A program made the translations under genes and the position numbers. A DNA stretch of 64,000 nt from Candidatus Binatia bacterium (lineage in GTDB: Bacteria > Desulfobacterota > Binatia > HRBIN30), in NCBI GenBank assembly GCA_038245295.1, contig JBBRSP010000024.1, forward strand, positions 1 to 64,000, in the 5' to 3' direction. The notes beneath the pieces were generated by a model. The model was not told the origin of the DNA. It saw only the letters and a program-made list of their open reading frames with translations, and made no database searches. Shown here in pieces: positions 51,469-61,362 of the stretch. How positions within the stretch are numbered: position 1 is the first letter of the stretch; each line of letters opens with the position of its first letter.

Positions 51469-52284
51469 ATGGACCCACTCAAAGGACGCGTCGCTGTCAT
51501 CACCGGCGGCGCCGGCGGCATCGGTACCGCCATCGCGACGGCGTTTGCGGCGCGCGGCGCCAAGCTGGTGCTGGCCGATCTGAATCAGCAGGCGCTGAGC
51601 GCCACAGTAGACCAGTTCACCAAGGCCGGAGCCGAGGTGATCGGTGTTCACACGGACGTCACCAGCCTCGACAGTGTCAAGGCATTGGCAGCAACGACGG
51701 TGAAACACTTCGGTGCCGCCCATGTCATCTGCAACAACGCCGGCATCGCGCTGTTCGGGATGATGAGCGACGCGACGCACCACGACTGGCACTACACGAT
51801 GAACGTCAACTTCTGGGGCGTTGTGCACGGTGTCGAAGCCTTCACGCCGATCCTGATGCGGCAAGGGCAGGGCGGACACATCGTCAACACCGCTTCGATG
51901 GCCGGTCTCGTCGGCATGCAGTGGCTCGGCATCTACTGCGCTTCCAAGTTTGCCGTCGTTGGCCTCACCGAGGCGCTGCATCGCGAGCTCAAGCCGAGCG
52001 GCATCGGTGTCAGCGTGCTGTGCCCGATGATCGTCGACACCAATATCAACGAGAACTCGGTACTCATGCGTCCCAAGAGTCTCAGCAACGGCGGCGAAGA
52101 GGTGATCATTCCTCCGGCGGCGGAGATGAAGGGCGGCGTGATCAAGCCCGAGGAAGTGGCGCGCCGTGTCGTGCGGGCGATCGATCGTGGCGACCTGTAC
52201 ATCCTGACGCATCCCGAGCAGCGCGAGTTCCTGCGCCGCCGGGCCGGCAAACTGGACTCAATGTTCGAGGAGAAGAACTGGTGA
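51469..52284 (+). CDS. Short-chain dehydrogenase/reductase
   Basis: TGGAGGIG, NNAG, YCASK. Confidence 0.93.
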   Translation: MDPLKGRVAVITGGAGGIGTAIATAFAARGAKLVLADLNQQALSATVDQFTKAGAEVIGVHTDVTSLDSVKALAATTVKHFGAAHVICNNAGIALFGMMSDATHHDWHYTMNVNFWGVVHGVEAFTPILMRQGQGGHIVNTASMAGLVGMQWLGIYCASKFAVVGLTEALHRELKPSGIGVSVLCPMIVDTNINENSVLMRPKSLSNGGEEVIIPPAAEMKGGVIKPEEVARRVVRAIDRGDLYILTHPEQREFLRRRAGKLDSMFEEKNW

Positions 52285-53048
52285 AAGATTTATTTTCGGT
52301 TCGCGACAAAGTCACTCTGGTCACCGGCGGCTCGCGCGGCATCGGTCTGATGATCGCCCGCGGTTTCGTCGAGAACGGCGCCAAGGTTTACATCTCGTCG
52401 CGCAAGAAGGAGACGTGTGACAAGGCGGCGGCCGAGTTGTCGAAGCTAGGGACGTGCATCTCTCTTCCAGCCGATTTGTCGACCGAAGCCGAGGCCAATC
52501 GGCTCGCCGCCGAGATCGCCTCGCGTGAACCGGCGCTACACGTGTTGATCAACAACGCCGGTGCCAACTGGGGCGCGCCGATCGCAGAGTATCCAGATTC
52601 CGCGTGGGATAAGGTTCTGGCCATCAACGTAAAGGGAGTCTTCCACCTGACGCGGGCGCTCATTCCGATGTTGGAGAAGGGCGCCAAGCCGGGCGACCCG
52701 GCGCGTGTCATCAATATCGGCTCGATCGACGGCCTGCGCGCGCCGCTGCTCGAGACCTACGCCTACTCGGCCAGCAAAGCCGCGGTGCACCACCTGACAC
52801 GCGTGTTGGCGATGCAGTTGGCGAGCCGTCAGATCACCGTGAATGCCGTCGCTCCCGGTCCGTTCGAAAGCAAGATGATGGAAGCGACGCTGAATCAGTT
52901 CCGCGATGCGATTGTTGGATCGTGTCCGCTGGGACGTATCGGCGAGCCGGAGGATATGGCCGGCGTGGCGATTTATCTTGCGTCGCGGGCCGGGGCCTAC
53001 GTCACGGGAGCGGTGATTCCCGTCGATGGAGGGATCTCGACGCGTTGA
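52281..53048 (+). CDS. Short-chain dehydrogenase/reductase (RhlG-like)
   Basis: TGGSRGIG, NNAGANWG, YSASK; GTGA overlap with the upstream SDR. Confidence 0.92.
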   Translation: MKDLFSVRDKVTLVTGGSRGIGLMIARGFVENGAKVYISSRKKETCDKAAAELSKLGTCISLPADLSTEAEANRLAAEIASREPALHVLINNAGANWGAPIAEYPDSAWDKVLAINVKGVFHLTRALIPMLEKGAKPGDPARVINIGSIDGLRAPLLETYAYSASKAAVHHLTRVLAMQLASRQITVNAVAPGPFESKMMEATLNQFRDAIVGSCPLGRIGEPEDMAGVAIYLASRAGAYVTGAVIPVDGGISTR

Positions 53049-53176
53049 TGGAATGCAGTCCCACTTGCCCTTGCCGCCTGCCCACCGAAGCCATGCGAAG
53101 GTGGGTTGCCCTTGCCCTGGGGCGGCGGAGGTCGGGTGCGGCGTTGAATTGGCAAGGGCAAGGGCACGGGCAAGGG

Positions 53177-53968
53177 ATGATGAAAGAATATCCAGTAAAA
53201 GTAGGCAGCATGCTCTTTACCATGGTCGATCCGCACCAGGGCCACGAGAAGGAGTACAACCGCTGGTACGAACGCGATCACTTCTACGCCGGCTGCATGA
53301 TCGGCCCGTGGCTGTTCGCCGGCTCGCGTTGGGTGTGCACCAAGGCGCTCAAGGAGCTCCGCTTTCCGGAGGACAGCACGATCGCCAAGCCCAGCGTGCA
53401 GGCCGGATCGTTTCTGGCCTTCTACTGGATCCACGCTGACCACCACGCTGACCATCACGCTTGGGCCAACCCGCAGGCGCGTGCCCTGTATCAGCAGAAC
53501 CGCGGCTTCAACGAGCGCACGCATGTGCACACGCTGATGTACTCGCTCGATTGGGTGCAATATCGCGATGCCGATCCGGTGCCGCTTGAGCTGTCGCCGG
53601 ATCACCGCTTCGCCGGACTCGTCACGGTGGCGATCGAGCGCAACGAAGGCGTCGATCAAGCCGAGACCGACGCGTGGTTCCGCGACAAGTACCTGCCGGG
53701 ATTCTTCAAAAGATCGCCTGTCGCCTCATGCGCCACCTGGTCGCCGTTGCCGCAAGGCGAGGGGCCGATGAACATCCCGAAGGTCGAGCGCCCGCAGCTG
53801 CTCGATATGCAGATGTACTTCATCGATACGGCGGCGGCCGATGTGATGCCGAAGTTTCGGAAGCTGGCGGAGGACTTTGCGGCGACCGGCCTGGGGCGCA
53901 TCGTGTTTGCCTCACCGTGGCTGCCGACGGTCGTCGGGACCGATACATATACCGACCAACTCTGGTAA
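53177..53968 (+). CDS. Hypothetical protein (EthD-like dimeric barrel possible)
   Basis: EYNRWYERDH motif; ORF trimmed to exclude the hexamer repeat. Confidence 0.7.
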   Translation: MMKEYPVKVGSMLFTMVDPHQGHEKEYNRWYERDHFYAGCMIGPWLFAGSRWVCTKALKELRFPEDSTIAKPSVQAGSFLAFYWIHADHHADHHAWANPQARALYQQNRGFNERTHVHTLMYSLDWVQYRDADPVPLELSPDHRFAGLVTVAIERNEGVDQAETDAWFRDKYLPGFFKRSPVASCATWSPLPQGEGPMNIPKVERPQLLDMQMYFIDTAAADVMPKFRKLAEDFAATGLGRIVFASPWLPTVVGTDTYTDQLW

Positions 53969-53996
53969 CGCGGCCCGATCTGTTGCGAAAGCAAGA

Positions 53997-54106
53997 ACGG
54001 AGTCGGGCTGGTTCATCTCCGAAGCGCGCGGCGCGAAGGGGAGCCCTCAGCCCGCGGTCTGCGGGATCCATCTTCGGCGGCGTGAGGGCACGCCGACTCC
54101 GTTCTG
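53997..54106. repeat. REP-like element ACGGAGTCGG...CGGCGTGAGGGCACGCCGACTCCGT
   Basis: Copies at 59876-59952 and a half copy at 40850-40872. Confidence 0.75.
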
Positions 54107-54162
54107 CGTTTTGTCACTCGGGGAGGTCCATTGGTTCCCGCTGGAAGCCGGCCTGAGGTTTC

Positions 54163-55497
54163 CTAGTCCTCATTCCTTGGCTTGCCCAGGTACTTCCCAA
54201 GCATGTCATGGAAATGCGCGATGGTGCTCTCCTGCACTGGATTGATGGTAGCGGCGCGGAAGCCGCGTGACTTCACGCCGCGGTTCACCGCTTCCAGATT
54301 GGTGAAATCTTCTTCGAGGAACTCGCATTGGCCTTTGAACGCTTCGAAGCCGTGGAAGAGCTCCTGCTGCACCTCGGGTTCCTTGCCGGGGGCGAAGCGG
54401 CCGAGGGACCAGATGTCGACGATGGAGCTGTCATGGTCATCCCCGTTCGGACGCATGCGGTACCACAATGCGCCATCGAAGGTGGGCAGGACGATGCTGT
54501 TGGGGAAGATGTGCCAATCGAGACCGGCGGCGACCCAGGTCTCGAGCGTCAGATTCTCCGGCCAGGCAACGCCGCGCTTCTCCAGTTCTTCGCGGTGATA
54601 TTCGAAGAGTTTAGTCATGATCTCGTCGAGAGACGCGTCGATAGGCAGCTGGCGTAGTCGCTCCAAGGCCGCCATGCCCGGTTCCAGGGTCATCGCGCCG
54701 ATCGTGTGGTGCAGATGGCCGAAGTTCACCCACATGTTCTCGTGCAGCGATTGCGGCCTGACCCAGCGGCCGTCGGCCGTCTTGTACTCGGTGAACGGCC
54801 CCGGCTCGCCGTACAACATGGAGTGATTGCCGAAGATCGCGGTTGGCATGCGCGCTTCGCGATAGTTGATGCCCGACGTGTGCGTCGAGCCGCTGTGATA
54901 GGCCTCGATGAAGGCTTCGACGACGATCTTCCAATTGACCGGGGCGATGATGGTCTTCCACCACAGGGGCCGCATGGTTTGCGGCGAGAACGGATCGAGG
55001 AAGTGCGGCACCATTCCGAGAAATTGCTCCAGCGGCTCCGCTTCGGGATCCTGATTGATCCAGATCCACCCGCCCCAGCGTGCGAGCTTGACCTTGGGCA
55101 AACCCAGCGCCGCCTTGTCGAAGGCCGGGCAGCCCTGCCAGTCCTCCTCGAAGTGCGCCTGGATCAGCTCTCCTGTGCGGCTGTATTGCCAGCCATGGAA
55201 GCGGCAAAGGATGGCGGCGCCGATGTGTCCACGCGCTTCGTCACGCAGCCGACGGCCACGATGCTGGCACACATTGTACATGGCGGTGACGTCGTCTTCT
55301 CCGGCGCCGGTGCGGACGATGAGGATCGAGTCGTCGAGGATATCGTAGGCGACGAAATCTCCCGGTTGTTTCAGCTCCGCTTCGCGACACGCCATCTGCC
55401 AGATGTGCGGCCACAGTCTCTCTCGTTCGAGGCGGTCGATGTGAGGATCGCGGTAGTCAGAGGCGGGTATAACGATGCGCGGGGTCGAGTCTTCCAT
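54163..55497 (-). CDS. Rieske non-heme iron aromatic ring-hydroxylating oxygenase, alpha subunit
   Basis: CQHRG...CRFHGW Rieske motif, NWK...EAYH....H iron site. Confidence 0.93.
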   Translation of the reverse strand: MEDSTPRIVIPASDYRDPHIDRLERERLWPHIWQMACREAELKQPGDFVAYDILDDSILIVRTGAGEDDVTAMYNVCQHRGRRLRDEARGHIGAAILCRFHGWQYSRTGELIQAHFEEDWQGCPAFDKAALGLPKVKLARWGGWIWINQDPEAEPLEQFLGMVPHFLDPFSPQTMRPLWWKTIIAPVNWKIVVEAFIEAYHSGSTHTSGINYREARMPTAIFGNHSMLYGEPGPFTEYKTADGRWVRPQSLHENMWVNFGHLHHTIGAMTLEPGMAALERLRQLPIDASLDEIMTKLFEYHREELEKRGVAWPENLTLETWVAAGLDWHIFPNSIVLPTFDGALWYRMRPNGDDHDSSIVDIWSLGRFAPGKEPEVQQELFHGFEAFKGQCEFLEEDFTNLEAVNRGVKSRGFRAATINPVQESTIAHFHDMLGKYLGKPRNED

Positions 55498-55695
55498 CTT
55501 GGGGGTCCTTCCGTGTAACGAACATTCCAGATCCACCCTTGAGAAGAAACCACGGAGGCACAGAGACGCGGAGCCAGGAGGAGTCACGACGGTTTGTTCA
55601 TGGCGCGCGCCGACAAGGCCCTACGACTCCTCCGACCTCCGTGTCTCCGTGGTGAGTACTTTGCAGATGTTGACTCGGTGATGGTGAGTTCGTCC

Positions 55696-56325
55696 TCAAC
55701 TCGACGCCGGCGGTTCTGCCGCACCGCCACGCAGATGCTGCGCCACGGCACGCGCCGAGCGGCGCATGCCGCGGTAAAGCTTCGGTGCGAACCACACGAC
55801 GACGCCAATAAAGATCAGGACCAGCACCAACATGGCAATGGGATGCGCAAACGCCAGCCATAGGGCGACCAGGGAAAAACCGTCTTCACTGAAGCTGAGG
55901 GCGAGATTGGAGAAGGGTTCAGGGCTGCCATTCACCAACAGGCGTGCACCCGCCTTGGCTGCGTGGCTGGAGAAGGCAACCGTCCCGCACAAGAGGATCA
56001 CGACGGTACGGAGTGCCGGGTCGATATCGCCGAGCGCCGTGGCGGCGAGAACGACGGCGCCGAGCGGACGGAGCACCGTGTGCACCGCATCCCAGGCGCT
56101 ATCGACCCACGGAATCTTGTCGGCGAGCAGCTCGATGACGCACAGAAAGCCGGCGGTGATGACGATCAGCGGATGACCCAAGACCGCCAGTTGCGACAGA
56201 CGCGGGTCGAGATGCAGCAGGCCCGCTTTGATACCGAGGCCAACCACGAACACGGTGGCATAAAGGCGGATGCCGGCGACAAAAGAGAGTCCCATCAGGG
56301 AACCGAGCAACGTCAGGGTTTCCAT
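55696..56325 (-). CDS. DUF4126-family membrane protein
   Basis: AGIRLYA, ADKIPWVDSAWD, SPEPFSN..LS..ED. Confidence 0.88.
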   Translation of the reverse strand: METLTLLGSLMGLSFVAGIRLYATVFVVGLGIKAGLLHLDPRLSQLAVLGHPLIVITAGFLCVIELLADKIPWVDSAWDAVHTVLRPLGAVVLAATALGDIDPALRTVVILLCGTVAFSSHAAKAGARLLVNGSPEPFSNLALSFSEDGFSLVALWLAFAHPIAMLVLVLIFIGVVVWFAPKLYRGMRRSARAVAQHLRGGAAEPPASS

Positions 56326-56393
56326 CGTACTAAGCCTCCCGCCGCAGTATTCTAGGATCGGCGCACAATCGGCACCCTTCCTCCGGCGCGAAC

Positions 56394-56834
56394 CTACTTC
56401 CGTGGATGGCGTAACGGATTGCGCCAGCGCAACCCGGGGAAGCGTTCGAAGTCGTTGTCGTTCGAGTGCAACTCGCACTGGTGTTCGATCGCAATCGCAG
56501 CCAGATGAGTATCGGTGGTGAGTCTTCCGGCAACCTTGGTTGCGGCGAAGAGGGTTTGGACAATTGCCAGATGACGAGGCCCGGGGTCGAGGGGTTGGAC
56601 ACAGGGCTGATCAAACCACGTGGTGACGCAGGCGAGGGCGGCGGTTGGGTCGAGTGGTGCGGTAAGCACCGCGGGGTGCGTCACCAGACGAACAAAGCCG
56701 AAGGTGACGGCCCAGGGTACCCCGACGGGCTGCTCACGGGCCACCAGATCCTCCCACCACCGGCGTGCCGCTTCGTGGAGAGGCGCAGCGGCGTTGTGCG
56801 CATAGACCAGCAGGTTGATGTCGGGAACGATCAT
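56394..56834 (-). CDS. vapC: VapC PIN-domain toxin
   Basis: DINLLVYA, DTHLAAIAIEH, SNDNDFERF.GL...NPL. Confidence 0.92.
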   Translation of the reverse strand: MIVPDINLLVYAHNAAAPLHEAARRWWEDLVAREQPVGVPWAVTFGFVRLVTHPAVLTAPLDPTAALACVTTWFDQPCVQPLDPGPRHLAIVQTLFAATKVAGRLTTDTHLAAIAIEHQCELHSNDNDFERFPGLRWRNPLRHPRK

Positions 56835-57094
56835 CGCTTCGCACGCCTGGCGGCTTGCTCGACTTCGAGATCGTCCGAGAGCTGATTCAATCGTAACGGA
56901 TCGACACCGGCACGAAAGGGACTGCGAAAAACATCAACGCGAAAGCGTTTGTTGCTGGTCCGATGCGCCTCGGGAGCCACGAAGCCGCGGCGCAACACCG
57001 TGTTGACGGCTTCCTTAAACGGGATCTTCTTGCGCCGAGTCAGATCCTTCAGCTTGGCAGCTACATCGTCGTCGAGGGTCAGCGTAGTGCGCAT
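56831..57094 (-). CDS. vapB: VapB antitoxin (RHH/CopG-like)
   Basis: MRTTLTLDDDV...FKEAVN..LRRG; overlaps the vapC start. Confidence 0.88.
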   Translation of the reverse strand: MRTTLTLDDDVAAKLKDLTRRKKIPFKEAVNTVLRRGFVAPEAHRTSNKRFRVDVFRSPFRAGVDPLRLNQLSDDLEVEQAARRAKR

Positions 57095-57215
57095 TTGGGC
57101 ATCGTGATGCGACGTTGCGATGATGTCAAGATGCTCGTCCCGGCTACCTTGTTCCGCTTTCGCTGGCAGCGTTACGTCTAAACCTGCCTCAGCTGTCGAG
57201 GCTTGCCGGATCGTT

Positions 57216-58259
57216 CTAGAACGTTTTCGCGTCGATCACGAAGCGGTACTTCACGTCCCCTTTGACGGTGCGGTCGTAGGCCTGGTTGATCTTGGTCGCG
57301 GGGATCAGCTCGATGTCCGAGTACACCTTCTTCTTGGCGCAGTAATCGAGCATCTTCTGCGTTTCTTTGATGCCGCCTATGAGCGAGCCGGCCAACGTTC
57401 GTCGACCGAAGATGAGGGCGAACGCGGCCAGGCTATTCGGTTCCGGCGCCGCCCCGACGAGCACCATCGTGCCGCCAAGCTTTAGCGATTCCATGTAGGG
57501 AGTAAGGTCGAGCTTCGCCGAAACGGTGTTCAGGATGAAATCGAACTTGCCGGCCAAGGCCGCGAAATTGGCGCGATCGCGTGTGACCACGAAGTGCTTG
57601 GCGCCGAGCTTCTTGGCGTCCGCTTCTTTCTTGGGCGAGGTGCTGAACACGGTGACTTCGGCTCCCATTGATTTGGCGAGCTTCACTCCGATGTGTCCTA
57701 ACCCGCCGAGTCCCACGATCCCCACTGTTTGCCCTTTTTTGACACCGTACCGCTTGAGCGGCGCGTAGGTCGTGATGCCGGCGCAGAGCAACGGCGCGAC
57801 GCGGGCGAGGTCCAACCCCTTCTTCAACTTCAAGACGTAGGAGTCCTTCACTACGATATGCGAGGAGTAGCCGCCATAGGTCGGGGTCTTTCCGTCCATC
57901 TCCGTGCCGTTGTACGTGAAGGCTGTATGTACGGTACAGAACTGCTCCTCGTGGTTCTTACAGTTCGGGCACTTTCCGCAGGAGTCCACGAAGCAGCCGA
58001 CGCCGACATCGTCGCCTTTCTTGAAGCGTTTCACCTTTTTCCCTACCGCGATGACCTTGCCGACAATTTCGTGGCCGGGCACGAGCGGGTAAGTGGTCGG
58101 CCCCCACTCGCTGCGGGCGGTGTGGATGTCCGAATGGCAAATTCCCGAGTAGGTGATCTCAATCACAACGTCCTTGGGCTTGGGGTCGCGCCGTTCAAAC
58201 TGAAACGGCTGAAGAGGGGAGGTGGCACTGTGGGTAGCGTAGGCTTTGGCTTGAATCAT
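57216..58259 (-). CDS. Zn-dependent NAD(P) alcohol dehydrogenase (cinnamyl-alcohol dehydrogenase-like)
   Basis: GICHSD, GHEIVG, CxxCxxC, LLCAGIT, GLGGLG, YRFVID. Confidence 0.94.
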   Translation of the reverse strand: MIQAKAYATHSATSPLQPFQFERRDPKPKDVVIEITYSGICHSDIHTARSEWGPTTYPLVPGHEIVGKVIAVGKKVKRFKKGDDVGVGCFVDSCGKCPNCKNHEEQFCTVHTAFTYNGTEMDGKTPTYGGYSSHIVVKDSYVLKLKKGLDLARVAPLLCAGITTYAPLKRYGVKKGQTVGIVGLGGLGHIGVKLAKSMGAEVTVFSTSPKKEADAKKLGAKHFVVTRDRANFAALAGKFDFILNTVSAKLDLTPYMESLKLGGTMVLVGAAPEPNSLAAFALIFGRRTLAGSLIGGIKETQKMLDYCAKKKVYSDIELIPATKINQAYDRTVKGDVKYRFVIDAKTF

Positions 58260-58333
58260 GGGACCTCATTTATAGGCGAGAAATTGGCTGGGCCAAGGTC
58301 AGGGGCGTCACGACCTCCTCCATTCCGGCGAAA

Positions 58334-58493
58334 GAGTGTGTCGATTTACTCGGAAACCAAATTTGAAACCGAGCAGACCTTTCCGTCATACCGGCGAAAG
58401 CCGGTATCTCGCCAGCTTTCGAGGCTTCCAGCAGGGGGAGATCCCGGTTTTCACCGGGATGACGTTGCTCCACTTTGGTTTTACGAAAGTCTC
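58334..58493. mobile_element. REP-loop MITE, 160 bp, GAAA duplication
   Basis: GAAA at 58330-58333 and 58494-58497; body nearly identical to the other copies. Confidence 0.82.
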
Positions 58494-58660
58494 GAAAGCC
58501 GCAATCTCCCATGCATTCCGCAGTTTCCATCCAAGGAGATCCTGGCTTTCGCCGGAATGACAGATCGGGATGACAAGATACGGCACCGATAGCTCAAGCA
58601 ACAGGTTGAGAGCTTGCGGCCTACGCCCGGAGCACAAGTCGTAAACCCCTGGCTAGGGCT

Positions 58661-59836
58661 TCAGACCCCGACAATCGAGACGAAGCTGACACAGCGCCCC
58701 GGCGCGCCGCCAAGGTTGTGGGTCAGCCCGAGCTTCGGCTTGGCAATCTGCCGCGGACCGGCTTCGCCGCGCAGTTGCAGCCACATCTCGTACATCATGC
58801 GGAGGCCGCTAGCGCCGATCGGGTGGCCGAAGCTCTTCAGGCCGCCGTCGGGATTAACCGGCTGTGCTCCTTCGCCGTCGAAGCGGCCTTCCATGACGTC
58901 CTTCCAGCCCTGACCGCGCGGTGAGAAGCCCATGTCTTCCATCAGTACAAGCTCGGTCGGGGTGAAGCAGTCGTGCACTTCGGCCATGCTGATCTCGGAG
59001 CGTGGATCTTTGACGCCGGCTTGCTTGTAGGCATCCTGCGCGCTGGCCACCGCTTCGGGGAACGAAGTGAAGTCGTACTCCTGGCTGAAGGCTCCCTCAG
59101 CGGGGCCGGCGGCGAACGATAGCGCTTTTATGAAAATTGGATTCTTCGAGTACTTGTGTGCGTCTTCAGCGCGGCACAGGATCGCCGCCGCAGCGCCGTC
59201 GCTGACACCGGAGCAGTCGAAGACCCCGAGCATGCCGGCAATCGGCGGCGACTTGGCGATCGTCTCCATCGGTACTTCTTTGCGGAACTGCGCCTTCGAA
59301 TTCTTGGCGCCGTTCTTGTGGTTCTTCCAGGCGATGCGTGTCAGTACCTGCTTCAGCGTCGCTTCATCAACGCCGTACTTCTTGGCGTACGCCGGTGCGA
59401 GCAACGAGAACGTTGCCGGCGCCGTCATGCTGGAGTTGGTTCCGTCATTCGGCGGTGCCGCGCCGACGAGTCCGGAGAAACCGGAGTCCTTCAGCTTCTC
59501 GACGCCGATCGCCATGACCAGATCATAGGCGCCGCAGGCCACCGCGTAGGCGGCGTTGCGAATCGCTTCGCTGCCGGTGGCGCACATGTTCTCCAAGCGG
59601 GTGACCGGCTTGTAGGGAATCTTCAGGGCTTCGGAGAGCATCAGGCCGGAGATGCCGCTGGCCATCGTACCGAGCCAATACGCGTCGACCGCATCCGGAG
59701 CGATGCCGGCGGAGGCGTACGCGTCTTTGGCCGCATCGACGAGAAGATCGTCGGCACCCTTGTTCCAGTGCTCGCCGAAAGGCGTGCAGCCCATGCCGAC
59801 GATCGCGACTCGATCCTTGATTCCGTTGCTTGCCAT
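58661..59836 (-). CDS. SCP-x/archaeal-type thiolase (acetyl-CoA acetyltransferase)
   Basis: ENMCATGS, EVHDCFT, NPDGGLKSFGHPIGASG, HNLGG. Confidence 0.92.
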   Translation of the reverse strand: MASNGIKDRVAIVGMGCTPFGEHWNKGADDLLVDAAKDAYASAGIAPDAVDAYWLGTMASGISGLMLSEALKIPYKPVTRLENMCATGSEAIRNAAYAVACGAYDLVMAIGVEKLKDSGFSGLVGAAPPNDGTNSSMTAPATFSLLAPAYAKKYGVDEATLKQVLTRIAWKNHKNGAKNSKAQFRKEVPMETIAKSPPIAGMLGVFDCSGVSDGAAAAILCRAEDAHKYSKNPIFIKALSFAAGPAEGAFSQEYDFTSFPEAVASAQDAYKQAGVKDPRSEISMAEVHDCFTPTELVLMEDMGFSPRGQGWKDVMEGRFDGEGAQPVNPDGGLKSFGHPIGASGLRMMYEMWLQLRGEAGPRQIAKPKLGLTHNLGGAPGRCVSFVSIVGV

Positions 59837-59956
59837 GTGAGTTCTCCTTACCTGTCAATCGCCATCAGCTTCGAGACGGAGTCGGGCTGCCCTCAGCCCG
59901 CGGTCGATGGATTCCACCTTCGGCGGCGTGAGGGCACGCCGACTCCGTTCTGAGGG

Positions 59957-61342
59957 TCAGCGCATCGGGCGCGCTTTCCAGAAGTAGTTGTGCACACCTT
60001 GACCAGTGTACAGCCGTCGGAACGTCATCTCCAGATTATTTCCGATGGCGACCTCTTTCGGGTCGACGTCGGTGAGGTCACAACTGAAGCGCCCGCCACC
60101 CTCGTAGTCGGCCACTGCCACAACGACCGGCGGCTGCAGGGTGTAGGCGAGGTGGTCGACGGTATACGTCGCGATGCGACACGAGGTGTCGGCGAAGCGT
60201 TCTTCCTTCATCTCGTCGATGGCGCCGCACTTCACACAGACGCGCTGTGGCGGCAGGTGTCCCGTCTGACACTTGGTGCAGCGATTGCCGACGAAGGCCA
60301 GCTTCCAGCGTTCGTGACGCCGCATCGGCGGCGCCGCGGGACGTTCCGGGTCGGGACGTCGCGGCGGCTCGAAGGGCAGGATGCCGCGCCACTTGAGGTA
60401 GGCGTTGTAGGCCAGGTCGTTGCGCTTCGAGGCGATCCAGCGATCGACTTTACGCAGCGGCGTGTTGCCGCTGATCTTGTCGGTGACTTGGAAAATCAGA
60501 ACGTCCGCGCCATCAGACTGCGAGATGACCAGAATGCGGTCGCCCGTCTTGGCAGTGTCGAGCGCGCGCGCCAACAGCAGGCCGGCATGAGCGACACCGC
60601 TGCGCCCGACGCTCGCGGCAAGTGTGTCGGCGATCTGCTCCGGCTTGAGCCCGAGCGCCTTCGGAAGTCCAGCCAGCGAACGCGGGTTCGTGCCGTCGAG
60701 GATCACGGTGGAGAGCGACGCCGGATCGACGCCCGCAGTCTTGAGCGCTCGCCCGGCGGTCTCGGCGATGGCCGGGGCCATCGTGTCGGCGGTGAAGCGT
60801 TCTTCCCACTGCTTGGCGAAGCGATCTTCTGGAAGTCGCCAGACGTCGAGGATCTCCATGGTCAGCGAGGAGCGGCCGATCAACTTGGCGATCGCCTCGT
60901 TGTCGGGTCCGGTGACGAAAGCGACGGCAGCGTCGCCACCCTGGCTCTCGCGTCCGCCGCCGGGTGCGCCGATGACGACGTCGCTGGCGCAAACGAGAGC
61001 CCGTTGGCCGGCGGTCGCCAGATCGACACCGAGCAAGAGCCCGGCGAGTCCCATGCGCGACGAACCAGCAAGCTCCACCGAGGTCAACGCCTCGGGCAGG
61101 TCGAGTGCCGCCTGGATGGTCGCCGCATTCAGCTTCTCGGCGTAAGGCGGGCTGGTGGTGGCGAACAGCAGGGAGTCGAGCTTGATGCCGCCACGCAGCG
61201 CATCACGCGCCGCCTCGACGGCCATCGAGACACTGTCCTCGTCGTAACTGGCAGCGGCGCGTTCGCCCTTGCCGGCACCGATGGCGGCGCGCGTCAGGCG
61301 GAAATAGGGGACGTAACTTCCGTAGCGGATGATTCCGGCCAA
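59957..61342 (-). CDS. HMG-CoA-synthase-like domain fused to DUF35 (Zn-ribbon plus OB-fold)
   Basis: DEDSVSMAVEAA, GDAAVAF; C-terminal CxxC...PPQRVCxxC, TFRR...YFWKARP. Confidence 0.85.
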   Translation of the reverse strand: MAGIIRYGSYVPYFRLTRAAIGAGKGERAAASYDEDSVSMAVEAARDALRGGIKLDSLLFATTSPPYAEKLNAATIQAALDLPEALTSVELAGSSRMGLAGLLLGVDLATAGQRALVCASDVVIGAPGGGRESQGGDAAVAFVTGPDNEAIAKLIGRSSLTMEILDVWRLPEDRFAKQWEERFTADTMAPAIAETAGRALKTAGVDPASLSTVILDGTNPRSLAGLPKALGLKPEQIADTLAASVGRSGVAHAGLLLARALDTAKTGDRILVISQSDGADVLIFQVTDKISGNTPLRKVDRWIASKRNDLAYNAYLKWRGILPFEPPRRPDPERPAAPPMRRHERWKLAFVGNRCTKCQTGHLPPQRVCVKCGAIDEMKEERFADTSCRIATYTVDHLAYTLQPPVVVAVADYEGGGRFSCDLTDVDPKEVAIGNNLEMTFRRLYTGQGVHNYFWKARPMR

Positions 61343-61362
61343 AATGAGCCCTCCTCAGAAAT

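Noticed and set aside
50886..52280. 720-aa fusion ORF ending in an SDR
   Set aside because: The upstream part is antisense to the thiolase and out of frame over another SDR; the real gene starts at GTG 52281.
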